Shown piece after piece: positions 54,696-64,000 of a stretch of DNA of 64,000 bases. Source of the DNA: Octopus bimaculoides. Lineage: Eukaryota. The stretch's first letter is position 1. The number at the start of each line of letters is the position of its first letter. The position numbers and the translations under genes are program-made. Under the pieces are notes generated by a model, which did no database searches, was not told the DNA's origin, and saw only the letters and a list, made by a program, of their open reading frames with translations. Location of the stretch: contig NC_068985.1 of NCBI RefSeq assembly GCF_001194135.2, positions 18,733,166-18,797,165 on the forward strand, read 5' to 3'.

Positions 54696-56894
54696 GTTAA
54701 AATACCATAATAAAAAACGTTAAAACCAGACTATGTTTTAACTTTATTCAACTTATACAAATTCGACGACTGGCACCCATGCCAACATCGTCTCCTTCAT
54801 TGGACACGAAACTCAGCTTGCGAAGACTTATTGGGGCAAGCAAAAGCGAAATTGTGATGGCACCTGTGCCCAGCATCGCCTTTCTGGCACTTGTGCCCGC
54901 GGCATGTATCAGGACTTTCGAGCGAGGTCGTTGCCAGTGCCCCTGGACTGGCTCTTGTGCGGGTGGCACATAAAATACACCAATTGAGCCTGGCCGTTGC
55001 CAGTACCGCCTGACTGGCCTTCGTAGGATTTTCAAGCGAGATCGTTGCCAGTGCCCCTGGACTGGCTCTTGTGCATGTGGCACATAAAATACACCATTTC
55101 GAGCGTGGCCGTTGCCAGTACCGCCTGACTGGCCTTCGTGCTTTTAAAAAGTCCCATTATATTTTTATAATTAAATATTATTCTTTTATTCTTTTGTTTN
55201 NNNNNNNNNNNNNNNNNNNNNNNNNNNNNNNNNNNNNNNNNNNNNNNNNNNNNNNNNNNNNNNNNNNNNNNNNNNNNNNNNNNNNNNNNNNNNNNNNNNN
55301 NNNNNNNNNNNNNNNNNNNNNNNNNNNNNNNNNNNNNNNNNNNNNNNNNNNNNNNNNNNNNNNNNNNNNNNNNNNNNNNNNNNNNNNNNNNNNNNNNNNN
55401 NNNNNNNNNNNNNNNNNNNNNNNNNNNNNNNNNNNNNNNNNNNNNNNNNNNNNNNNNNNNNNNNNNATATATATATATATATATACGACGGGCTTCTTTC
55501 AGCTTCCATCTACCAAATCCACTCGCAAGGCTTTGGTTAGCCCAAGGCTATAGTAGAAGACACTTGCCCAAGGTGCCACGCAGTGGGACTGAACCCAGAA
55601 CTATGTGGTTGTTAAGCAAGCTACTAACCACACAGTCACTCCCCCACCTATTAGGAATTGTATAAAAAAAATTAAAATATTTTGTGTATTGTAAAAGTAT
55701 AACTGATTTATTGCACATAAATTTTAACAACTAAATTTTATACATTTCCCCCAAGGGTCAGATGGACCACAGTTGAGAACCACTGAGTTACATGTTAGAT
55801 GTCTTTGATGAAGCAAGAGATGTGGTCAAAGAGTGGTACTAGTCGGAAGAGTTTGAAAAATGACAAGGAAAGCAGAGGTATTTGTAGGAGTAGAAGCAAC
55901 AGACTTAGGAAATATTGATTGCTGACATCCAGGTGAAAGAGGTATGTGATGGGGAAAATAGAGCCTAAATATGTACAGACACCACCTTTCAGAGTGAAAT
56001 TTGAATACACGGTGTCAGAAAGAAACACAATATGCATTTGTGTTAGTTTGTGATGTGTATGTAGGATCTAGGTTAAACCATGTTTAGCTTGAATTTTTGA
56101 CATCTCTACCTCTTATATTGAGAACTCCCCTATTCAGGAAAACTAACATGTATGTGCATGTCCTTTGGTTTCTGCAACTCTTTTGACATAGATTACTAAA
56201 ATTAGCTATAGGCGCGGGAGTGGCTGTGTGGTAAGTAGCTTGCTTACCAACCNNNNNNNNNNNNNNNNNNNNNNNNNNNNNNNNNNNNNNNNNNNNNNNN
56301 NNNNNNNNNNNNNNNNNNNNNNNNNNNNNNNNNNNNNNNNNNNNNNNNNNNNTGTGTGTGTGTGCGTGCGTGCGTGCTTGTGTGTGTATGTGTGTGTGTG
56401 CCCGTGTGCGTATGTTTACAACCCAAGATGAAGTAAAACTTTGAGGTGTGTTTCAACTTCAGATATGCCGATTGAAATGTAATCTGTTTACCAGGAGAAT
56501 GTACAAATTATATACAGAATGCTATGCCATGAATGTATATTCCTGAACTTGATAATATCGACTACAGAACACTGCTGATACAATCTAAGACCACATTTAC
56601 AACAGAAGACTATTCAATCATACGAGAACTATAAACAGAAACAGCGCAAATCCAATGTACTGTTGCATACTCCGATATAACATGTTTTGTGCATTCCACG
56701 ATTTTAAATTATTCGAAATAATAACAATAGATCTGTTATAAACATTAAACCAGGAGTTGTAATTACGTTTTCTTTCAGATGGCTTCCGACTTAGTCACAC
56801 ATTTAATTACTAATCCTGGTGGAAATTAAACGAAGTAAATATGAAGATAATACATGTAAATCTTAAAACAATCAATGGCGACTTATACATACAT

Positions 56895-56902
56895 ATATAC
56901 AA

Positions 56903-56955
<53 letters not shown>

Positions 56956-56967
56956 NNNNNNNNNNCG

Positions 56968-57011
<44 letters not shown>

Positions 57012-57240
57012 CATATATATATATACACATACATATATATATATATATATATACACATACATATATATATATACACATACATATATATACATATATTTAC
57101 ACATATATACACATACATATATATATATATGCACATTATATATATATATATATATATACACATACATACATTTATATATACACATACATATATTTAAACA
57201 CATATGTATACACACATACATATATACAAATACATATATA
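56895..57240. repeat. Compound (TA)n/(TACA)n microsatellite; representative of many such tracts from 22 kb to 61 kb
   Basis: Direct reading. Many N gaps abut these tracts. Confidence 0.95.
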
Positions 57241-57671
57241 TGAAGAAAAAGTAAATGGAGATATTGAAGTTAATAAGAGTTTATTATCAGTAACAAATTG
57301 ATCATTATCCCTTACAGCTGTTTCAGTTATACTGAGGAAATTAATTGAATATCAAAATCATATTTCTGAGCATAATCTCTTTAGAGGGGAAAGAAAATGT
57401 ACCCTTGCGCTTTTTGTGAGTTTGTCTGTAGACTCATCACTGCAGACATATATATGAGTCTGCAGTAATGACTCTACAAACAAACGCATAAAATATCTAA
57501 AGGTACATTTTCATTCCCCTCTGAAGAGTTTATGCTCAGAAATATGATTTTGATATTTAATTAATTTCTCTCAGTATAATTGAAACAGCTGTAAAGAATA
57601 ATGATCAATTTGCAGCTGATAATAATAAACTCTTATTAACTTCAATATCTCCATTTTTTTCTTTATTTACA
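57240..57671. repeat. ~430-bp imperfect palindrome (foldback element)
   Basis: Arms of ~200 bp pair around the centre ctgcagacatatatatgagtctgcag at about 57450. Confidence 0.85.
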
Positions 57672-57937
57672 TGATTATAATTTATGGCTTATATACAAAC
57701 CTATTATTTTGTGTATGTCAATTTCCCCCAAAATTTTTGATATTGAACCAGTATTTCCTTGGTTGACACCATCCCTTCATGAGGATAACAATACCTCTAA
57801 CTGAATTATATATCATCATCATCGTTTAACGTCCGCTTTCCATGCTAGCATGGGTTGGACGATTTGACTGAGGACTGGTGAAACCAGATGGCTACACCAG
57901 GCTCCAATCTGATACATACATATATACAGGTATACAC

Positions 57938-57975
<38 letters not shown>

Positions 57976-59505
57976 CTGCATACATGTATATACACATACA
58001 TATGCATATATATATCCATACATATACATATACAAACATATATATACACACATATATATACACATACATATATATACATATAAACATAGATATATATACA
58101 CATACATATATATATACATACACATACAAACNNNNNNNNNNNNNNNNNNNNNNNNNNNNNNNNNNNNNNNNNNNNNNNNNNNNNNNNNNNNNNNNNNNNN
58201 NNNNNNNNNNNNNNNNNNNNNNNNNNNNNNNNNNNNNNNNNNNNNNNNNNNNNNNNNNNNNNNNNNNNNNNNNNNNNNNNNNNNNNNNNNNNNNNNNNNN
58301 NNNNNNNNNNNNNNNNNNNNNNNNNNNNNNNNNNNNNNNNNNNNNNNNNNNNNNNNNNNNNNNNNNNNNNNNNNNNNNNNNNNNNNNNNNNNNNNNNNNN
58401 NNNNNNNNNNNNNNNNNNNNNNNNNNNNNNNNNNNNNNNNNNNNNNNNNNNNNNNNNNNNNNNNNNNNNNNNNNNNNNNNNNNNNNNNNNNNNNNNNNNN
58501 NNNNNNNNNNNNNNNNNNNNNNNNNNNNNNNNNNNNNNNNNNNNNNNNNNNNNNNNNNNNNNNNNNNNNNNNNNNNNNNNNNNNNNATATATATATATAT
58601 ATATATATATGCACATTTATACACATATATATATATATACATATACACTGCGTGACACGTTGGGCAAGTGTCTTCTAGTATAGCCTTGGCCCGACCAAAA
58701 CCTTGTGAGTAGATTTGGTAGACGGAAACTGAAAGAAGCTTGTCGTGTATATATATGTATGTGTGTGTGTGTCGGTCAGCGGAATGATATTTGATCACTT
58801 TACAGAGTGTCTGAGTGTTAGTTAGGTGTCTGGAATGGGACGGCTTACTTCATGGGCAGGTAGAAGCTCTTTAACCTTGGTTGGTAATCTACCTAGGAGA
58901 AGGAAATCTCCGAAATAAAACCTGAGGCCTTGGAAGTTCCTGGTTTTGTCAATTCTCTTGTCACACCGGTGAAAGTCTTCTTGGGCTAATAAGTGGGGGT
59001 AGTGCAGTGCAAGCTACACCCACTAAAAATTATTCATCTGCACAGGTACTTCCTGTACTCCAAATCTTAGTAAAATCATGTATGTATGTATGTAAGTATG
59101 CATGTGTGTTTGTCGGCCCACCATCGCTTGACAACCGATATTGGTGTGTTTACGTTTCCGTAACGTAGCGGTTCGGCAAAACAGACCGATAGATTAAATA
59201 CAAGGCTTACAAAGAATAAGTCCTGGGGTCGATTTGTTCGACTTAAAGCGGAACTCTAGCATGACTGCAGTCAAATGACTTAAACAAGTAAAAGAATAAA
59301 AGAACATATATATATATATATATATATANNNNNNNNNNNNNNNNNNNNNNNNNNNNNNNNNNNNNNNNNNNNNNNNNNNNNNNNNNNNNNNNNNNNNNNN
59401 NNNNNNNNNNNNNNNNNNNNNNNNNNNNNNNNNNNNNNNNNNNNNNNNNNNNNNNNNNNNNNNNNNNNNNNNNNNNNNNNNNNNNNNNNNNNNNNNNNNN
59501 NNNNN

Positions 59506-59862
59506 ACTACGTGGCATCTTGGGCAAGTGTCTTCTACTATAACCTCGGGCCGACCAAAGCCTTGTGAGTGGATTTGGTAGACGGAAACTGAAAGAAGCCC
59601 GTCGTATATATGTATATATATATATATGTATGTATGTGTGTGTGTGTGTGTTTATGTGTCTGTGTTTGTCCCTCCAACATCGCTTGACAACCGATGCTGG
59701 TGTGTTTACGTCCCCGTACATTAGCGGTTCGGCAAAAGAGATCGATAGAATAAGTACCAGGCTTACAAAGAATAAGTCATGGGGTCGATTTGCTCGACTA
59801 AAAGCGGTGCTCCAGCATGGCCACAGTCAAATGACTGAAACAAGTAAAAGAGTAAAGAGTAT
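59506..59862 (+). mobile_element. tRNA/CORE-like SINE family B with internal (TA)n(TG)n, young copy
   Basis: ccttgggcaagtgtcttctactata...gatttggtagacggaaactgaaagaagcccgtcg-microsatellite-gtttgtccc...gactgaaacaagtaaaagag; CpG-rich. The head is lost in the adjacent gap. Confidence 0.8.
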
Positions 59863-60211
59863 ATATTATATGTATAAACACACACACATATAAATATATA
59901 CATATATATATATATGCACACATACATATATATTCATAGATACAGGTTTATACACACACACAGCTGACGTCTCCATTCAGTCGCTTTTGCACGTTCTGAG
60001 TTCAAATCCTGCCGAGATCAACACCTCCGACAGGTTGATAAAATAATGTACAAGTCCTAGTGTCGATGTAATATTCTTATAGAACATCCTGGATGCGAAC
60101 AAATCATAATCAAGACAAGAAGTGAAAATCGAACTAGTCTATATATGTGTATAGTATGAGCGCGCGCGTGTGTGTGTGTGTGTGCCTTCTGAGAGTCCAT
60201 AAGTATTATTA

Positions 60212-60339
60212 ATCGAAGTGTACAGTATTATATATCCATTATGACCGTAATGTATATATAATACTGTAATGTATATATAATACTGATACATACATATCCA
60301 TTACGCCCGTAATGGATAAATAATACTGTACACTTCGAT
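60212..60339. repeat. Small inverted-repeat element (~40-bp arms)
   Basis: ATCGAAGTGTACAGTATTATATATCCATTA... vs ...TAATGGATAAATAATACTGTACACTTCGAT, with an internal short tandem duplication. Confidence 0.7.
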
Positions 60340-60863
60340 AGATGTATAGATAACTAAATATTATCTAGCGTTATAATTAATACAATTTAACATTAAACTG
60401 AAGGATTTACTCAATACTTTTTGTAGACTATATATTTATTATATATTTACAAAAATAGTGGGGACAGACCACTTTTCTAGTAAATGTATTGTGCGTGATG
60501 TATACATATATACAAATTTTCAGTCGGGTTTGTATATTTATGTTTGTTACACACACATAATATTTGTATGACAATGTGTTTGTATGTGCCTGTCAGAATA
60601 TAAATTCAGATCTTTCATCACATACAACCAATACAAATAATGTGTATTTTGTCAATATTATTTGTGATCGTTCTTCTAATAACAATTTCTTATCATCAAT
60701 GTATTTAATATATGAAAATCTATTCTCTGAGTCAACAGAGGATATTTCATACTTGGAATATTTCATTAACAGAAGTCACCTAAGTATCCAATTTCATAAC
60801 TAAAAAAGCATCGGGAAAAACTTTTGCGTTTTTCGTTGGCATTTGCAGATGTACTCAACCGTA

Positions 60864-60908
<45 letters not shown>

Positions 60909-61363
60909 TAATTAAGGGATCAGCAAATATATATATTTGTATATATATATATATATATATATATAATGTATGTATTATTCATGTATCTTATCCCCATGGT
61001 GTGATTTCTCAAAAACACGGCTATAAGGAGATATGAAAAAAATAAATAATACAATGAAGCGTGCAAGGATACATAATGTAAAATATATGATGCATTACTT
61101 ACATAGCAAATAGAGCTGATCTCAATAAAATCTCAGTCACAAGGCGAAAATACAAAACACACACACTCATACATGAAAAAAAAAAGCTTATTACTGATGC
61201 TCCCCTATCTATTCCAAACATCGTTAACCAATGCAAATGAATCCTTGTTATGAATGAGATGCTTTTAAAATTATCGTCATCTAATTTCTTGTCAAATTTA
61301 GAGTGTAATACATTTTTCGCATGAAAGAGATGTGAGTAGAGCCAAAATGTATAGAAGTTTTAC

Positions 61364-61438
61364 CTTGCATGATACTGTGATAACTTGTAAAAACTATCAT
61401 CCCGTCTCAAGTTGGTGTACTCCTCATCACCGACAGAC
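61364..61438 (-). other. Candidate upstream exon of the DENND2-like gene (5' UTR/first exon or 75-nt in-frame coding exon)
   Basis: Donor AAG|GTAAAA at 61363 and possible acceptor ttgtttcacgacattcAG at 61440-61439. CpG-rich unique sequence. Reads in frame (SVGDEEYTNLRRDDSFYKLSQYHAR) into the 20260 exon. Confidence 0.5.
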
Positions 61439-61439
61439 C

Positions 61440-61530
61440 TGAATGTCGTGAAACAACGGTTGACAGTTGTAGTTGTTGGCACATGCGCAGAAAGTAAACC
61501 GGAAATAAACTACCAAAACTTTACACTCCT
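61440..61530 (-). promoter_or_regulatory. Putative promoter/TSS region
   Basis: CpG-retaining unique DNA with an ETS-type CCGGAA and an NRF1-like CATGCGCA next to the candidate first exon. Motif-level evidence only. Confidence 0.4.
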
Positions 61531-61643
61531 TAATAGTTAAAATTCGCATTAGCTTATTTAATGTAATTAGCTTTAAACGCCTAATTAGAAATGCTTACAT
61601 GATGATAAAAAGATAACATTAACAAAACTTAATTACTAAGTAG

Positions 61644-62050
61644 AGATGGACTATATGTAATCTGAACCTTCCCCCCACTTATTTATTAATTTTTTTTACG
61701 GAACCCCACGTTTTAGGCTATGGAGATTCCGATTCTGAAAAAAATTCCCCCCCTCCCCCACCAAGCAGGCTATTTACATGCTAGAAATAACAGCCAAATC
61801 TCACAAAACTAGTGTTAGGGTCAGGTTTAGGGTTAGGGTCAGGGTTAGGGTTAGGGTTAGGGTCAGGGTTAGGGTTAGGTTTACCCTGTGAATCTATATA
61901 AAAACCGGGGGGGGGGGATCGAAATTTTGAAATTGAGATTTTTGAAAATTTTTTTTCAGAATCGGAATCTCCATAGCCTAAAACGTGGGATTCCGTAAAA
62001 AAAAATAATAAAACAAGGGGGGAAAGGTTCAGATTACATATAGTCCATCT
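61644..62050. mobile_element. Foldback MITE with ~100-bp TIRs
   Basis: AGATGGACTATATGTAATCTGAACCTT... vs ...AAGGTTCAGATTACATATAGTCCATCT, and ACGTTTTAGGCTATGGAGATTCCGATTCTGAAAAAAA mirrored. No TSD found. Confidence 0.8.
61815..61880 (+). repeat. Interstitial telomere-type repeat, 11 units TTAGGG/TCAGGG
   Basis: Direct reading of the sequence. Confidence 0.9.
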
Positions 62051-62090
62051 GGACCATTATTTTAATCATTTCTGCAAATACGTGTCACAG

Positions 62091-62131
62091 ATCTGGATAT
62101 ATTTCAGTCTTATTAGACCTCGTCAGCGAAG
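62091..62131 (-). ncRNA. Minimal type-I hammerhead ribozyme motif
   Basis: Minus strand CUUCG-CUGACGA-GGUCU-AAUA-AGACU-GAAA-UAUA-UC-CAGAU: intact core, 5-bp stem II, palindromic stem III (AUAUAU), AUC cleavage triplet at 62096, imperfect stem I. Confidence 0.65.
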
Positions 62132-62689
62132 CATAAGACCCCAATGTATTAGCCAAATAATGAGGGAACCAATGTATGGATGTACAATGCCGTATATGAG
62201 TAGACGTGAAAATTAGCATATTAGCATACTTGAGATTAATTGCTCAGATAATAGTATGATGTCACACGGTGTATTGGCCCTCCAGTTATTAATGCCGGGT
62301 ATCAGCAATTTCTCCCTCGTGTCCCTCTCACTCTCTCTCTCCCTCTCTCTCCCGTTCGTTTGACATGTATATCAAACGCAATTGGCTTCATTAGTACTTT
62401 ACTATATTTGAACACTAACAGATATCACTTAGCTAAATCCTGTTTACGTGTGATTTTTATTATTATTACTTGACCATGTGCACGTTTTGAATTCAAATTC
62501 CGTCGAAGTAGACTTTGCCTTTCGTCCTTTCATGAGTGATGAAATAAGTAGCAGTTGAGCACAAGGGGTCGACGCAATTTCAGGTCTCATGCCTGTTGTA
62601 GAAAAGATTATTAATTATCTCTTATCTTTAGAAACGCATTTATTCAATTAATCCCCTTGAACACTGTTTGCTGCAAGTTATTACCTGCA

Positions 62690-63690
62690 AAACTGCGTAC
62701 TTTTCGTTTTCAGGAACCCATGAAAATGGAAGTGCAGAGTTACCTCACTTTACGAGGATCTGCTTGACGAGGCCCGGGGTTTACGAGTTTTATTTTTCAG
62801 CTCACTTTTATATGGTGAGCTGAAATTTTTAAAGCACAAGAACCAAATTCTGAACGAAGTGCACAAGATTCTGCTACCATAACAAATGCTTCTGCATGTT
62901 ACCGAGAAATTTATCGAGAGCGAAAAAAGCTTTTTCTAAGTAAACAACTCTAGACTGATTTCGTTTTTGGATTTGGTTTGCAAGATTCATTACGTGAGTT
63001 CGTGTGTTGAAGCATATTCTGTTGTGCTTGAGAACTCTGGACTTGTTTTTTAAAAAGAAATTTATAAATCCGTCCACAAGTGTTTTTGAATCAGCGATAG
63101 CGTCTACAAGGGGTGTGCGCGAGTCTAGTGCGAGTGAAAGTGATTCAGAAAACGATTACCATTTTATAAATGATCTTAACATTCTTTTTACTTTACATTC
63201 TACTGTTGTTTTATTGCCATTTAGTTACGAGTATTATAAATTTAATAGATAAAATATTTTTCTTGGAACGAATTACAATTTATATCATTGCTACTACGGG
63301 AAATTATTGCTCTGCTTTACGAAGTATGGGAAATTGCTGTTTTCCAATTTTCTCTTTACGAGCGGTCTCCGGGAACAAATTAACTTATATATCGAGGCAT
63401 TACTGTATTTATCTTGTCACGCGTGGAGGTTTAAAGAATTTTTTAAAAAAAGGGAAGTGTTTGCGAGGTGTATGGGGGAATGAATAGAATAGATGAGACG
63501 AAGAAGGATGTTTTACAAGGAAATAATTGTCTCGAGTACTTGCTTATCTTCTATAAGTGTCCGGTACACTTAGTTAATAATCATGCTTTGTTTACGCTAA
63601 TTAGGAATGCTATCAGTATATTTTGATGGAACCAACTTTAATGACAACTTCACACTAGATGCTTTTATAGTAGCGAGGCGGTTCTCTGTA
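62690..63690 (+). mobile_element. pogo/Tigger-like transposon 3' relic
   Basis: AEIFKAQEPNSERSAQ...ACYREIYRERKK and TLDLFFKK..PSTS resemble pogo C-termini; ends agcgaggcggttctctg|TA. Confidence 0.55.
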
Positions 63691-64000
63691 GTTCATTAGT
63701 TTTCTTTCTGTTCGTTAGCTTTCGTTCCTCAGTAATTTCATTTTGTAGGGAAAAAAACTTTCGGTGGAAACTGGAGACGAAAAATATTTAACACTCATGG
63801 GTTTTCTACTGGTACCACTAGTACGTAAATATTGATTTCAAATTTTGGAACAAAGCCAGCAATTTCGGGGTAGGGTGTAAGTCGATTACATCGATCCCAG
63901 TGTTTAATTGTTACTTATTTTATCAACTCCGAAAGGATGAAATGTAACGTAGACATTGGCAGAATTTGAACTCAGAACGTAAAGACATACGAAATGACGC

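Larger units (their letters stand above)
54145..54734 (+). mobile_element. 5'-truncated Penelope-like element with an inverted terminal copy of its 3' tail
   Basis: ~130-bp inverted arms (ATAGTCTGGTT...AACCAGACTAT). Interior 54284-54462 translates as VYGQQIQK...IPLSEYMETCG..FLIFTFHKL....RKIKEKQFI/FKPVLN, typical of a PLE GIY-YIG C-terminus. Each arm holds a hammerhead core. Confidence 0.8.

Noticed and set aside
56810-57243. YIYI/HTHT/CVCV ORFs
   Set aside because: Translations of dinucleotide microsatellites.
57400-57540. Hammerhead-like words in the palindrome (gUGAUGA-GUCUACAGAC-AAAC; CUGAAGA...CUCAGAAA)
   Set aside because: Both arms lack core C3 and G12 in the first motif, and the second has no valid stem II or cleavage triplet; not callable as ribozymes.
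62700-62950. Possible exon of a divergent plus-strand gene (acceptor ttttcgttttcAG, ATG at about 62719)
   Set aside because: Early stops; the translation fits a pogo/Tigger C-terminal relic better.

Overview
AT-rich eukaryotic DNA, rich in microsatellites and assembly gaps. The repeat families ((CAT)n-tailed RTE-type elements, tRNA-headed SINEs with internal (TA)n/(TG)n tracts) suggest an octopod cephalopod; this is an inference. One host gene runs on the minus strand: a DENND2/ST5-like Rab GEF with five well-supported coding exons (18931-20260, 13478-13618, 10756-10858, 8071-8144, 3346-3486) that join in frame. It probably has a sixth exon (631-681) and a candidate upstream exon and promoter at about 61.4-61.5 kb, behind a ~41-kb intron. 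Nearly everything else is transposon-derived: a near-complete DD36E (Incomer-type) Tc1, a Chapaev3-type element with TIRs and a TAA duplication, Penelope-like elements (PLEs), CR1-, RTE- and Tx1-like LINE relics, piggyBac and pogo relics, an LTR with its PPT, MITEs and many SINEs. The most interesting non-obvious signal is a set of minimal type-I hammerhead ribozyme motifs. Two sit in the inverted arms of a truncated PLE (54145-54734) and one lies just upstream of the putative promoter (62091-62131). All calls were made by eye, with no database search or folding run. Coordinates of degraded repeats are approximate.
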